44,956 nucleotides of DNA from an uncultured Candidatus Saccharibacteria bacterium (GTDB taxonomy: Bacteria; Patescibacteriota; Dojkabacteria; J137). The notes beneath the pieces were generated by a model that saw nothing but the letters and a program-made list of their open reading frames with translations, did not search any database and was not told the origin of the DNA. Made by a program: the position numbers and the translations under genes. The stretch lies in NCBI GenBank assembly GCA_964437465.1, contig CAYTGI010000006.1, positions 1 through 44,956 of the forward strand, in the 5' to 3' direction. Position 1 is the stretch's first letter, and every line of letters starts with the position of its first letter. Positions 9,601 to 17,979 of the stretch are shown piece after piece.

Positions 9601-12535
9601 AGCCTTCGTATATATCGGGAATTTGCAGGCTGGTATTAGGTATCTCAACATTATCTATACCCTCGCTAGCTGATATTGAGCCACCAACTGACATTAACCA
9701 TGCGGGTTCTAATGCTTTAGCCTCAATTTCTTTTATAGCAACTCCAACATTACAAGCTCTATCTGTTACATAAAGAGCATGGCCCACTGGAATCTCTAAT
9801 TCGTTTCTTAAATCATTGAATGTAAATGTCCCTGTCAAAGATGCATTAATATTTGAATCTCTTTTAGGATTCCTTGTATATAAACTATCGTTACTATTAT
9901 TTTGGTAGATTAAATTTACGTTTTGGAAAGCACCTGCACCTGCATTTGGCTTATATTGATAGAGGGCGTTATTATTTGGTGTATAAAGATAAGCTCTAGT
10001 TTTACTATTATCAATTCCGCTTTGATTTACAGCGGTAGATTCTCCCCCCGACCTTGTTACTTGATATTCACTATTTGTAATAAAAGTAGGGTCGGTTAAT
10101 AGGACATCTGGTTCATCCATATCTATTCCCCAGTCGCCCCATTTTGTTAGTCGAATTGCATTTACATCTCTCGTCCCATCATTAGCAGGAGTAGCATTCC
10201 ACTGGTTAATTACAGTGTAATAAACACTATAAGTACCGTTAAAGAAAGAGTTACCAAATTCTATATCAAAGTTAACATTAGGGTTACTTGAAGATCCTGA
10301 CATTCTTGCAGTTACAGTACCTCTATATGTACTTAGATCTTGCCCTGTATTGCCGGAGATTGTTGTTCCTGAAGGATTGTATGTATACACAGTTTGATTT
10401 CTTGGATCAATTGTAACCATTATTCCCTCACTATTTCTAACCTTTTCTCGTACTGAGTTTCTTAAAGGTGTATTACCATTTTCAAATACACCGTTTCTTT
10501 TTCCATCGTTACCTGTTTTAGGTACAAAATAAACCTCTATTGATTTTATTTCACCTCTTGGTTCGTTTGCTCGAATATTAAATTCTAGTGGATTACTTAC
10601 GCTTGGATCGATACTACCAGCAAGTCCAGATATTCCATTACCACATGTATCATTAGTAACACCTACATTTGGAACGGTTGGTCTATCGATACAGGTTAAA
10701 GTGTCTATAGTCCTTGGAGAATTATTCAATAGAGGATTACCTCCGTTTGGATTAATAGCAAAAGCATATATGTCCTTTATATTTCCATCTATAGTACTAT
10801 CTGGAAGAGGGATATCAAACCCATGATTTCTGTTGCCACCACATTGATTTCCTACAGCTACTTCTCTTTGAACATTAGCCGTACCTGTAGTTATTAAGCT
10901 ACCTCGAGGTCCTCCTTGAGGTCCTTCGTAGACATGAATTGCTAAGGATTGGTTATAATTATCAGCATCACATGTCCATCCGACTAAACGGTTACAATCA
11001 ACCCCATCATGAAAACCTATAGGTGAGTGATTAGTTACATTTGTGCAAGAGTTACTGCAATAAGAGCAAGTAGCGCCAAGGGCTGCTCCTGGTGTACAAC
11101 TTGAGCCATTACTTCCTCCATTATCACACTGTTCAGATCCTTCACGATTATCATCTCCACAACAAGCAGGAGCAGTAAAAGCAAGTGAATTTGATGAAGC
11201 TCTCCCTGTAGAACTGTCATAGACTGATGCGTAATAGGTTGAACCAGCATTTAAAGTGAGTCTTGAACCTGATGTTGTACTTGGTTCACCTCCACTATAT
11301 TGTCTAAAACTATTTGCTAGTTTTCTTACAAATGATGTATTTGCATTTGTATTAAACCAAGAAAGTACTTTAGGATTAGTAGTATCAATATCCACCCAAT
11401 AGTTATTCCCAGTCCCTGACCAATCTACTTCTATAACTTTTTGACTATTACTATCACAATATGCCCTTGCAGAGGTTACTTGTGGTATTTCACAGTTTGG
11501 TGCAACGAAGCTTCGAGAGTTTGTAGATCTTTGGTCTTTAGTTCCATTATATACTGTAGCGTAATATCTAGTTCCTGGAGTTATATTAAAAACAGTTCCT
11601 GGATTACTGTTATATGGGTTTGCTGTTCTTTGTCTAAAATTAGTAGAATTGGCATTATATCCTATCGTTGCTCCAGCTCTATAATTCCAAAAAGTTCCTG
11701 CAGGGTTTCCTGAAGTTGTATCTAAATCAATATAGTAATCTTGGCCATTTGGACCTGTCCAATCAATATCTAAAAAAGTTTGCCCATTATTACAGTATGC
11801 ATTTGCACCAGTAACTTCAGTTACTTGTTCTGCAAGAGAAAATTGAGAAGTTGCCCATACAGCTCTCTGTCCATTACTTTTATAAACACCCCAACAATAT
11901 GTTCTTCCAGGAGTAAGTGAAACAGATATTGGTGCTTTACTTGGAGAACCTCCATTTTGATACATTAGATACCAAGTTCCTGGAACATTCATTGTTGGGC
12001 TTGAAAGTATAGGTTCAGTATTACCGGCTGTACAAGTTCCTGTAAATAGGTATAGTGAGTAACTTCTTGAACCAGTACAATTTACACCCCAATCTGTTAC
12101 TGTCCAATTGAATTCAATGTTTGAAGTATTAAAAGGTAATACTGCTCCGCTAGATGGATATTTCATCCCTGGTGCAGTAGGATTTGTCGGGGAACAACAT
12201 GTGCATCCTCTAGTTGCTCCACAAGAATTCCTCTGGATTCCAGCAGGGCATTCGCAACCACCCCATCCTCCATCGGTATCATTTAAACAACAAGCATTAC
12301 TATGCCATCCACTTGCACAAAGTATCTTTGGGGGAGGACAATGGTCTCCAGGTGGATTTGAACATGTTTCATCAGTTCCACAACCACTGCACTGATTCAC
12401 ATTTGCATTATTACAACATGTTCTTCCAGATTGAGCTTCTAAATTTAATTCACCTACTGAATGAGAATAAGTAATAAAGGCAATAGAAAAAAGGCAAACA
12501 AATAAAAATGTGTGAATAATATTATAAATCTTCAA
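6599..12535 (-). CDS. Giant secreted/surface Cys-rich multidomain protein (1978 aa)
   Basis: N-terminal signal/TM; two ~110-aa beta-rich repeats; CGD..REGSEQCDNG motif; about 12 CYRCT..DGN.C..CP.G..C..GG.CP repeats; C-terminal IFVEGNLII/IIEGFFIVDG/LMIKGGVY domain. Confidence 0.9.
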   Translation of the reverse strand: MKIYNIIHTFLFVCLFSIAFITYSHSVGELNLEAQSGRTCCNNANVNQCSGCGTDETCSNPPGDHCPPPKILCASGWHSNACCLNDTDGGWGGCECPAGIQRNSCGATRGCTCCSPTNPTAPGMKYPSSGAVLPFNTSNIEFNWTVTDWGVNCTGSRSYSLYLFTGTCTAGNTEPILSSPTMNVPGTWYLMYQNGGSPSKAPISVSLTPGRTYCWGVYKSNGQRAVWATSQFSLAEQVTEVTGANAYCNNGQTFLDIDWTGPNGQDYYIDLDTTSGNPAGTFWNYRAGATIGYNANSTNFRQRTANPYNSNPGTVFNITPGTRYYATVYNGTKDQRSTNSRSFVAPNCEIPQVTSARAYCDSNSQKVIEVDWSGTGNNYWVDIDTTNPKVLSWFNTNANTSFVRKLANSFRQYSGGEPSTTSGSRLTLNAGSTYYASVYDSSTGRASSNSLAFTAPACCGDDNREGSEQCDNGGSNGSSCTPGAALGATCSYCSNSCTNVTNHSPIGFHDGVDCNRLVGWTCDADNYNQSLAIHVYEGPQGGPRGSLITTGTANVQREVAVGNQCGGNRNHGFDIPLPDSTIDGNIKDIYAFAINPNGGNPLLNNSPRTIDTLTCIDRPTVPNVGVTNDTCGNGISGLAGSIDPSVSNPLEFNIRANEPRGEIKSIEVYFVPKTGNDGKRNGVFENGNTPLRNSVREKVRNSEGIMVTIDPRNQTVYTYNPSGTTISGNTGQDLSTYRGTVTARMSGSSSNPNVNFDIEFGNSFFNGTYSVYYTVINQWNATPANDGTRDVNAIRLTKWGDWGIDMDEPDVLLTDPTFITNSEYQVTRSGGESTAVNQSGIDNSKTRAYLYTPNNNALYQYKPNAGAGAFQNVNLIYQNNSNDSLYTRNPKRDSNINASLTGTFTFNDLRNELEIPVGHALYVTDRACNVGVAIKEIEAKALEPAWLMSVGGSISASEGIDNVEIPNTSLQIPDIYEGSATLSTETVIIGNNVLPEDRVSLRSNILTQYTDEAIEVPGEANFDDWYNHILDRVERNNGGELPTIDEPVVIDEFFSNSALFPDVRGISTVAEDKKNNSSQDDVSFSPVNLEKIQNLDRKDELAFIPNEVLTSNTASFQQYYGDELTGCYRCGSNSCQYIGVFSYFCEADYGLYSNSNLCNSETGYCRNPKPPLHNQFPRTLRCFRPASSSSYNDSFFYSNNCEEGYFAERCPAGWYQDQGVCYSGYYSRHYSGYSTSLYRCTTNPYDGNQCEQYFGSIQDYYNNPQNVFQSLSQCQNSNVCEKRIEFTDCYQCTSTTSDSTSACNRIRVRGSVCPAGWTDQSRCQSGTCPGSTVCYRCTSNVYDSPYTNEPFTITSGTCEQRGGYSSNLQIYSGSARCPYFVRAYRCTSATNDGNNCEAYDVDYYNQYLRNPGAYNLSSNCAAAVGGSCPVSRTCYRCTSSRRDGNTCEAFTVNSNNCPGGTSTSSSGCASAVGGSCPIDSLCYTCTGSFTDGNACKGRWYSGPSCPGGTSTAGNGCAGAVGGTCPLRITCYRCTSSLEDGNNCESFIHTGTSCPAGSTPNNNGCAQVNGGSCPANVTCSRCTDSTTDQGACQNQTFNASNCPSGWTQGRNTCNNCPAQIPCSRCTIPQNDGNTCQNSTFDVSSNNYNCPAGWVNGSNTCGNNCPVEITCYKCTEDKRDQNACESFIYQGSICPSGSTSNPNCSTIHGGTCPSEITCFICETGVTDLSQCNPFNYKAATCPSGTVSGPTSFSQRAPGEVFETVTTCYRCTPDKYDEDACEPFINPGTSCPQGSSRNANGCGSATAEGFCPRPENRDVIRPVVVKNDVSIRSGAVCDQQGIIFVEGNLIIEPDLTTRHNQNGCIFVVKGDVIIKTGESKTNTNIFTNNPADYDIIEGFFIVDGTFRAELDNESGDTFKWDGLMIKGGVYARELDLQRNMNGNGNGNLERPAHLFVHDGRYKKIYENSFGSRFYSIRESLD
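7110..8830 (-). repeat. Intragenic array of about 12 six-cysteine repeats (43-53 aa each)
   Basis: Units such as CYRCTSSRRDGNTCEAFTVNSNNCPGGTSTSSSGCASAVGGSCP and CYRCTSSLEDGNNCESFIHTGTSCPAGSTPNNNGCAQVNGGSCP; boundaries approximate. Confidence 0.85.
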
Positions 12536-12614
12536 GTTATAAATAGAGTTAATCTTAATCAGTATACAGTCTTTTTCTTATACTACTCAAGTTTTTGAAT
12601 AAAAAATATTTAAT

Positions 12615-12648
12615 CAAAAACAAAATCCCACACCTCATGGTGCGGGAT
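12615..12648 (-). terminator. Intrinsic terminator downstream of rny
   Basis: Minus strand AUCCCGCACC-AUGA-GGUGUGGGAU (10 bp, one G-U) followed by UUUGUUUUUG. Confidence 0.75.
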
Positions 12649-12705
12649 AAGTATCTATAGAATTTCCCCACGAAGCTTGTGCTTCATGGCTCAATTTATC
12701 TCTAC

Positions 12706-14235
12706 TTATTTTGCTTCTTCTGTGGCCCGGATCTCTCTAATAACATTTACTTTAATTACACCAGGGTAGGACTGGGTTTCTTCAATTCTTTTCGCTATTT
12801 TGTGTGCCATAACTTTAGTTTCGTTATCGTCAACATCTTCAGGTTTAACTATAACTCTAACTTCTCGTCCAGCTCTAATAGCATAAGCTTCTTTTACTCC
12901 TTTATTTTCAGCAGCAATTTCTTCAAGAGCTCTAATTCTCTTAATATAGTCTTCATAGCTATCTTTTCTAGCTCCAGGCCTCGCTCCGGATATTGCATCT
13001 GCAATTCTTACTATTTCAGCTTCAACGTATTTAGCTTCTACATCGAAGTGATGAGCTTTAATTGCATTAATTAACTTGTCATTTCCCTTAAAATGTTTTG
13101 CTGCAATCTCAGCTGAAATATGGTGATGTTGCTTTCCTTCTTCAGGAATTACTTTGCCTATATCATGTAGAAGGCATGCAAGTTTTGAAGTCTCAACATC
13201 TGCACCAATTTCTTTTGCAAGGTATTCAGCCATTTTTACCATCTCAAGGGTATGTTTAACCAGATTTTGTCCATAACTGAACCTATACTTGAATCTACCT
13301 AAAAGCATTATGATTTCATCTGGTAGATCGGATATACCTGCTTCGTAAGCCATATCTTCCCCTGTTTTCTTAATTTCCTTAAGAATATCTTTCTTAACTT
13401 TCTCGATTGTTTCTTCTATTGATGCAGGATTAATTTTTCCTGTTGACACAAGCTTATTCATTGCAATTGCAGCAACCTCTCTTCTAATTGGATCAAAACA
13501 GGAGATTGTTATTTCTGTAGGTGATTCGTCAATTATCACATCAACACCTGTCATCCTCTCAAAAGTTCTAACATTTCTTCCGTTCTTTCCGATAATTCTA
13601 CTTTTCATTGATTCATCTTGAATATCAATTGTAGTAGTTGTAGTGTCCGCAACGTAATCAACTGCACTTTGTTGCATGGCATCAAGTAAAATAACTTGGC
13701 TTTTTTCTTCTATAGTTTCTTCTATATTTTTTTCAGCCTCTCTAATTTTCTTAGCGGTCCAATCATGCATATCTTTTTCAACCGCAGCTTTTAGTTGTTT
13801 CTCAGCTTCAGCTTTTGTAAGCTTAGCTATCTCTTCTAACTTAGTACTGAGCTTATCGTTGAGTTGTTTAATTTCATCTTTACGTTCACGAATATCTTTT
13901 TCTTTGTCCTCAAGGCTATCAAACCTTTCGTCTAAAGTTTTTGAACGATCGATTAACTTTTTCTCTCGTTCAGTTAAGAGTCTTTCTTGTTCTTTAATTT
14001 GGTTCTTTAATGATTCAGAAGCTTTTTCTGCCTCTTTTTGAATTTCGGCTGATTTTTTTTCAGCTTCTAATATTTTCTCCTTTGCAATATTACTAGCTTT
14101 TTCAATTGCCTCTAGTTCAGATAGCTTCTCAGATCCTCCTTCGTCAATTTTTTTTCGACTATCTACATAAATATATCCAGCAAATCCTGAGACAACTAGT
14201 AGTAATAAAGCAAGGACGGCCGATATTGGGTCCAT
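12706..14235 (-). CDS. rny: Ribonuclease Y
   Basis: N-terminal TM, coiled coil, KH domain RIIGKNGRNVR, HD motif LLHDIGK, ADAISGARPGAR, AIRAGREVRV. Confidence 0.97.
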   Translation of the reverse strand: MDPISAVLALLLLVVSGFAGYIYVDSRKKIDEGGSEKLSELEAIEKASNIAKEKILEAEKKSAEIQKEAEKASESLKNQIKEQERLLTEREKKLIDRSKTLDERFDSLEDKEKDIRERKDEIKQLNDKLSTKLEEIAKLTKAEAEKQLKAAVEKDMHDWTAKKIREAEKNIEETIEEKSQVILLDAMQQSAVDYVADTTTTTIDIQDESMKSRIIGKNGRNVRTFERMTGVDVIIDESPTEITISCFDPIRREVAAIAMNKLVSTGKINPASIEETIEKVKKDILKEIKKTGEDMAYEAGISDLPDEIIMLLGRFKYRFSYGQNLVKHTLEMVKMAEYLAKEIGADVETSKLACLLHDIGKVIPEEGKQHHHISAEIAAKHFKGNDKLINAIKAHHFDVEAKYVEAEIVRIADAISGARPGARKDSYEDYIKRIRALEEIAAENKGVKEAYAIRAGREVRVIVKPEDVDDNETKVMAHKIAKRIEETQSYPGVIKVNVIREIRATEEAK

Positions 14236-14461
14236 AACTTCATATTGTTAATAAATACACTAAAGAATAATTAGAAGCTTTTTCCTATTGTAATAGGGTG
14301 GATGAATACCTTTTTGTATAAGTCAAATTCTTGTTTTTATCTAAATTTTTCTTATTTTTTTTAATATTTATAAAAAGTTTCATTAAATTTTAAGTCTCTA
14401 ATTATCCTACTTTAATCTATAATTATATCATATAAGAATTTTCTTCTGTTTTCTATTAAAA

Positions 14462-15586
14462 CTATCTAATTCTGTTAGGATCGAAGTATTCACCGTTTTT
14501 TATAATACCTCTTCTAGCAAGCTCGTTCATCATCTCCTTTATCTGTTGATTTTTATGAGCTAATAAATTGTTAAGATTTGTTTGCATACTTTCTTGATCT
14601 TTAACCTTAGTTCTTAGCTCATTTAATTCAGCCTCCATTCTATCGAATTTGGTTTTAATATCGCTACATTCTTTTGCATCTTCAACCATCTGCTCAAAAT
14701 CTTTAGACTCTGTTAGTTTTTTTATGAGTTGATCTTCACTTACTCCGATATTTAAGTAATAGTTTAGATCATTTTGAGCAGGTTCTTTCCCAAGAATTTT
14801 CTTATATATTTTATTAATCATCTCCTTTCTCTGTTCTCTATCCATCATTAAGTTGTCAGATCCACTAGATGATGAGCTAGGGCTTGAAAGTGAATCAGAG
14901 GAGTTAGTAGAAGAGTTATTGGCACCAAAGTTATCTCCAAAAGGGTTTGAAAAATCAGGTAAGTCAAAATCACCAAACATATCATTACCTCCAGGTTTTT
15001 TCTTTACTTCGTGAAGTTTTGGAGGATTGTCTATATATTTTTTTATAGCGATAACTACATTTTTAGAAAGTTCATCTAGTTTAGTTTCATCCTTTAGAAT
15101 TTTGTAATCCTCTTCGTTATCTATGTATAGTAGTTCAAAAGCTACTGAGATGGGATTTGTTTGATTAAGTATTAAAAGTGAACCAAGATCATGATCGTAT
15201 TCAGAATGGATTCCTTGGCTCTCAAACTTTGTTAATGAAGTAATCTCTTTTATTAGAACTTCAGCAAAAGCTTTAGCATTATTTGTTCCATTATCTTCAC
15301 CAGCATACCAACCTTCTATCCCCCTTTCCCCTCCATCATTAACGTGGATTTCTAAAAAAAGATCGCCATTCTCTTCACTAAAGCCAGTATCATTTATCCA
15401 ATTGATTCTATCAAGTAGCTGTAGATCAACAGGAACAGCTTTATGTTCTATCTTCTCTTCATTTAAGTGTTTGACTACAAGGCTCAATATCTTTCTAGTT
15501 AGATCAAACTCTCTTAAATCTTTAAAAACTGCTCCAGGACTCATACTAGTATGAGCAGCTGAAACTACAAGTCTTGGTTTTGCCAT
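14462..15586 (-). CDS. N-acetylmuramoyl-L-alanine amidase (Amidase_3 type) with Ser-rich linker, DUF4214-like helical domain and coiled coil
   Basis: VVSAAHT, REFDLT, LEIHVNDGG, FELLYIDN match the Zn-amidase H/E/H/E pattern; KIYKKILGKEPAQNDLNYY tail motif. Confidence 0.75.
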   Translation of the reverse strand: MAKPRLVVSAAHTSMSPGAVFKDLREFDLTRKILSLVVKHLNEEKIEHKAVPVDLQLLDRINWINDTGFSEENGDLFLEIHVNDGGERGIEGWYAGEDNGTNNAKAFAEVLIKEITSLTKFESQGIHSEYDHDLGSLLILNQTNPISVAFELLYIDNEEDYKILKDETKLDELSKNVVIAIKKYIDNPPKLHEVKKKPGGNDMFGDFDLPDFSNPFGDNFGANNSSTNSSDSLSSPSSSSSGSDNLMMDREQRKEMINKIYKKILGKEPAQNDLNYYLNIGVSEDQLIKKLTESKDFEQMVEDAKECSDIKTKFDRMEAELNELRTKVKDQESMQTNLNNLLAHKNQQIKEMMNELARRGIIKNGEYFDPNRIR

Positions 15587-15649
15587 AAACTACTTAATTA
15601 TTACCTAGATTTTATAGTATATTATTGTATTAGTCGATTAAAGTATTAA

Positions 15650-15916
15650 ATGAATAAGAAAAAACTTATTATTATTACATTAGTTTTAACAATTATTTTA
15701 TTACTATACCTATTTATAAGCTCATATAGGAAATATAACCTAGATCCTGAAATTCAATGTGAAGTCGCTAATGAGATATGTACCTGTTTGGGATTTGCTT
15801 CAAGGACATCAGCTTTAGGTTATCCTCCTATTCATTTCTATGAATGCTCTGGTCTTGAACTGTGTGTATATACAGGTGAAGAAATAGGTACTTGTTATTC
15901 TTCTGTTATAGAATAA
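15650..15916 (+). CDS. Small membrane-anchored 6-Cys protein (paralog 1)
   Basis: N-terminal TM then DPEIQC-x6-C-x-C-x-G...C-x-G-x-E-x-C...G-x-C. Confidence 0.75.
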   Translation: MNKKKLIIITLVLTIILLLYLFISSYRKYNLDPEIQCEVANEICTCLGFASRTSALGYPPIHFYECSGLELCVYTGEEIGTCYSSVIE

Positions 15917-15922
15917 TATCTT

Positions 15923-16186
15923 ATGGTAAAAACTAAGAAATTTAATCCATTACCAATTCTTATACCTTTGTTTTTTATAGGATTATTTATTTTTGTAAAT
16001 GGATACAGAGTTTATGAGCCTGATCCAGAAAGTGCCTGCTTTGTTTCAACTGAAGCTTGCTTGTGTTTTGGTGTAAGAAGAGAATTTAGTGAAATTACTG
16101 ATGGGGTAGAGCAAAAGCTAGTTAATTGTGAAGGGCCTGAGATCTGTATACCGTTCTTTGAACAGCAAGGAGATTGTTTTAGATAA
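15923..16186 (+). CDS. Small membrane-anchored 6-Cys protein (paralog 2)
   Basis: N-terminal TM then DPESAC-x6-C-x-C-x-G...C-x-G-x-E-x-C...G-x-C; same pattern as the upstream ORF. Confidence 0.75.
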   Translation: MVKTKKFNPLPILIPLFFIGLFIFVNGYRVYEPDPESACFVSTEACLCFGVRREFSEITDGVEQKLVNCEGPEICIPFFEQQGDCFR

Positions 16187-17047
16187 CTACAAAAGCTTAC
16201 CCATTAAATCGTCTAGCTCCTCTTCTGTTTTGAAAGGGATTGTTATTTTACCTCCTCGTTGTGATCTGAAGAACGCGACATTATCTCCGAACTTGCTTTT
16301 TAGATTTTTTTCAATCTCTACTGTTCTATTATCCATAATTCTATTAGTAGGTTTCTTATCTTTCATCTGTCCTTTGTTTAGTCTTCTCACTAATTCTTCA
16401 ACAGCTCTGACTGATAGATGATCCTTTAGAATTAGTTTATATGTTGCTATCATTCCATCTTTTGTTTTAAGACTTAAAAGAGCCCTTGCATGTCCCTCAG
16501 AAATTTTCTCTTCTACTAATCCTTTTTTAATCTCATCTGGAAGAGCTAAAAGCCTAATTTTATTAGCTACTGCCGGTCTACTAATTCCAACTCTCTTAGA
16601 AATTTGCTCATGGGTCATTTTAAAAGCTGTGTAAAGCTGCTCAAAAGCCATAGCTTCTTCTAAAGCATTTAGATCTTCTCTTTGTAGATTCTCAATTACA
16701 GCCAACTCAAGCATGTCCTGAGGTGTAGCTTCTTTAATTACTACTGGTACATACTTTAGACCTGCAAGCTGGGCAGCTCTCCATCTTCTTTCTCCGGCTA
16801 TTAATTCATATATATTGTCACTTTTTTTTGTTACAAGTAGTGGCTCGATTACACCGTGCTCTCGAATTGAATCAGCTAGCTCAACTAGCTTGTCAGGGTT
16901 TACTTCAACACGGGGTTGATAGGGATTGGGCACTATTACGTTTGTCGGTAGGTTAGGGATATATCCAGTTTTTGATGTTATCTCAGAAACAGTAGAGTCA
17001 CTAATTAGCGCTGATAATCCTTTTCCAAGTGCAGGTTTTTTTGCCAT
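16187..17047 (-). CDS. parB: Chromosome partitioning protein ParB/Spo0J
   Basis: ALGKGLSALI, PNPYQPR, YELIAGERRWRAA, ENLQREDLN, SEGHARALL. Confidence 0.97.
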   Translation of the reverse strand: MAKKPALGKGLSALISDSTVSEITSKTGYIPNLPTNVIVPNPYQPRVEVNPDKLVELADSIREHGVIEPLLVTKKSDNIYELIAGERRWRAAQLAGLKYVPVVIKEATPQDMLELAVIENLQREDLNALEEAMAFEQLYTAFKMTHEQISKRVGISRPAVANKIRLLALPDEIKKGLVEEKISEGHARALLSLKTKDGMIATYKLILKDHLSVRAVEELVRRLNKGQMKDKKPTNRIMDNRTVEIEKNLKSKFGDNVAFFRSQRGGKITIPFKTEEELDDLMGKLL

Positions 17048-17104
17048 AAAATAAATAATGTATATAGTATTTTATAATGTCACAATCCTCATACGACTTC
17101 AATA

Positions 17105-17917
17105 TTAATTACCTCCAAAATTAGGTCTAACTAGTGAATCCGGATTCTTCTTCTCAAATCTTTCAAGTATTTCTTCTGTTAGTCTTCCGTATGCTTGGGC
17201 ACCAGATGATTCAGGTTCGTACTCTACAATTGCCAATCCATGTGAAGGTGCTTCTGAAAGTTTGATATTTCTTGGAACAAGAGTATCAAAAAGTTGATCA
17301 TCAAAATGATTTTTCAGTTCAACTGCGATATCTTTACTCAAATTTGTTCTTGTGTCGAACATAGTTAAAACAACACCTCCTATTTCTAAATTAGGATTTA
17401 AGTTGTTCTTTACTAGTTTTATAGTATTAACAAGCTGTCCTAAGCCCTCTAAAGCAAAATATTCAGCCTGAACAGGTATTATGACTTTGTCTGAAGCTAC
17501 CTGACTATTAATCGTTAAAAGTCCTAGTGAGGGTGGACAGTCTATTAAAATATAATCATATTCATTTCTAAGTTGGTCAATCGCGTTCTTTAGAACACTT
17601 TCTCTTGACATAGCATTCACCATTTCAACTTCAGCTCCAGCTAACTCTATTGAGGATGGAATAATATGTAGATTTTCAATTCTTGATTCTAAAACAGTAT
17701 CTTCAGCTTTAGTCTGATTAATTAAAATATCGTATACACTTAACATTCCATCATCTTCAGTATCTCTTTCAATACCAAGCCCTGAAGTTAAATTGGCTTG
17801 AGGATCGATATCTATCAATAGAACTTTCTTACCTTTTCTAGCAAGAAATACTCCAATGTTTAAAACACTGGTTGTTTTTCCAACACCGCCTTTTTGATTA
17901 CTTATAGCTATAACCAT
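17105..17917 (-). CDS. parA: Chromosome partitioning ATPase ParA/Soj
   Basis: NQKGGVGKTT, DIDPQANLTSGLG, IDCPPSLGLLT, VPRNIKLSEAPSHG. Confidence 0.97.
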   Translation of the reverse strand: MVIAISNQKGGVGKTTSVLNIGVFLARKGKKVLLIDIDPQANLTSGLGIERDTEDDGMLSVYDILINQTKAEDTVLESRIENLHIIPSSIELAGAEVEMVNAMSRESVLKNAIDQLRNEYDYILIDCPPSLGLLTINSQVASDKVIIPVQAEYFALEGLGQLVNTIKLVKNNLNPNLEIGGVVLTMFDTRTNLSKDIAVELKNHFDDQLFDTLVPRNIKLSEAPSHGLAIVEYEPESSGAQAYGRLTEEILERFEKKNPDSLVRPNFGGN

Positions 17918-17979
17918 AATTTATTGATATATCTCAGTATACACCAAATGCGTTAAGTCCAAAGTTAAAAGTCAAAATT

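Noticed and set aside
1072-12474. Short alternative-frame or antisense ORFs within ligD and the giant protein (1072-1287, 7069-7314, 7576-7770, 8197-8412, 8683-8961, 9318-9515, 11035-11250, 11441-11713, 12108-12395, 12214-12474)
   Set aside because: Fully nested in long, motif-supported genes; no recognisable motifs; expected shadow ORFs.
12679-14041. Plus-strand ORFs 12679-13074 and 13676-14041
   Set aside because: Antisense to rny; Phe/Ser-rich composition typical of the reverse of Lys/Glu-rich coding sequence.
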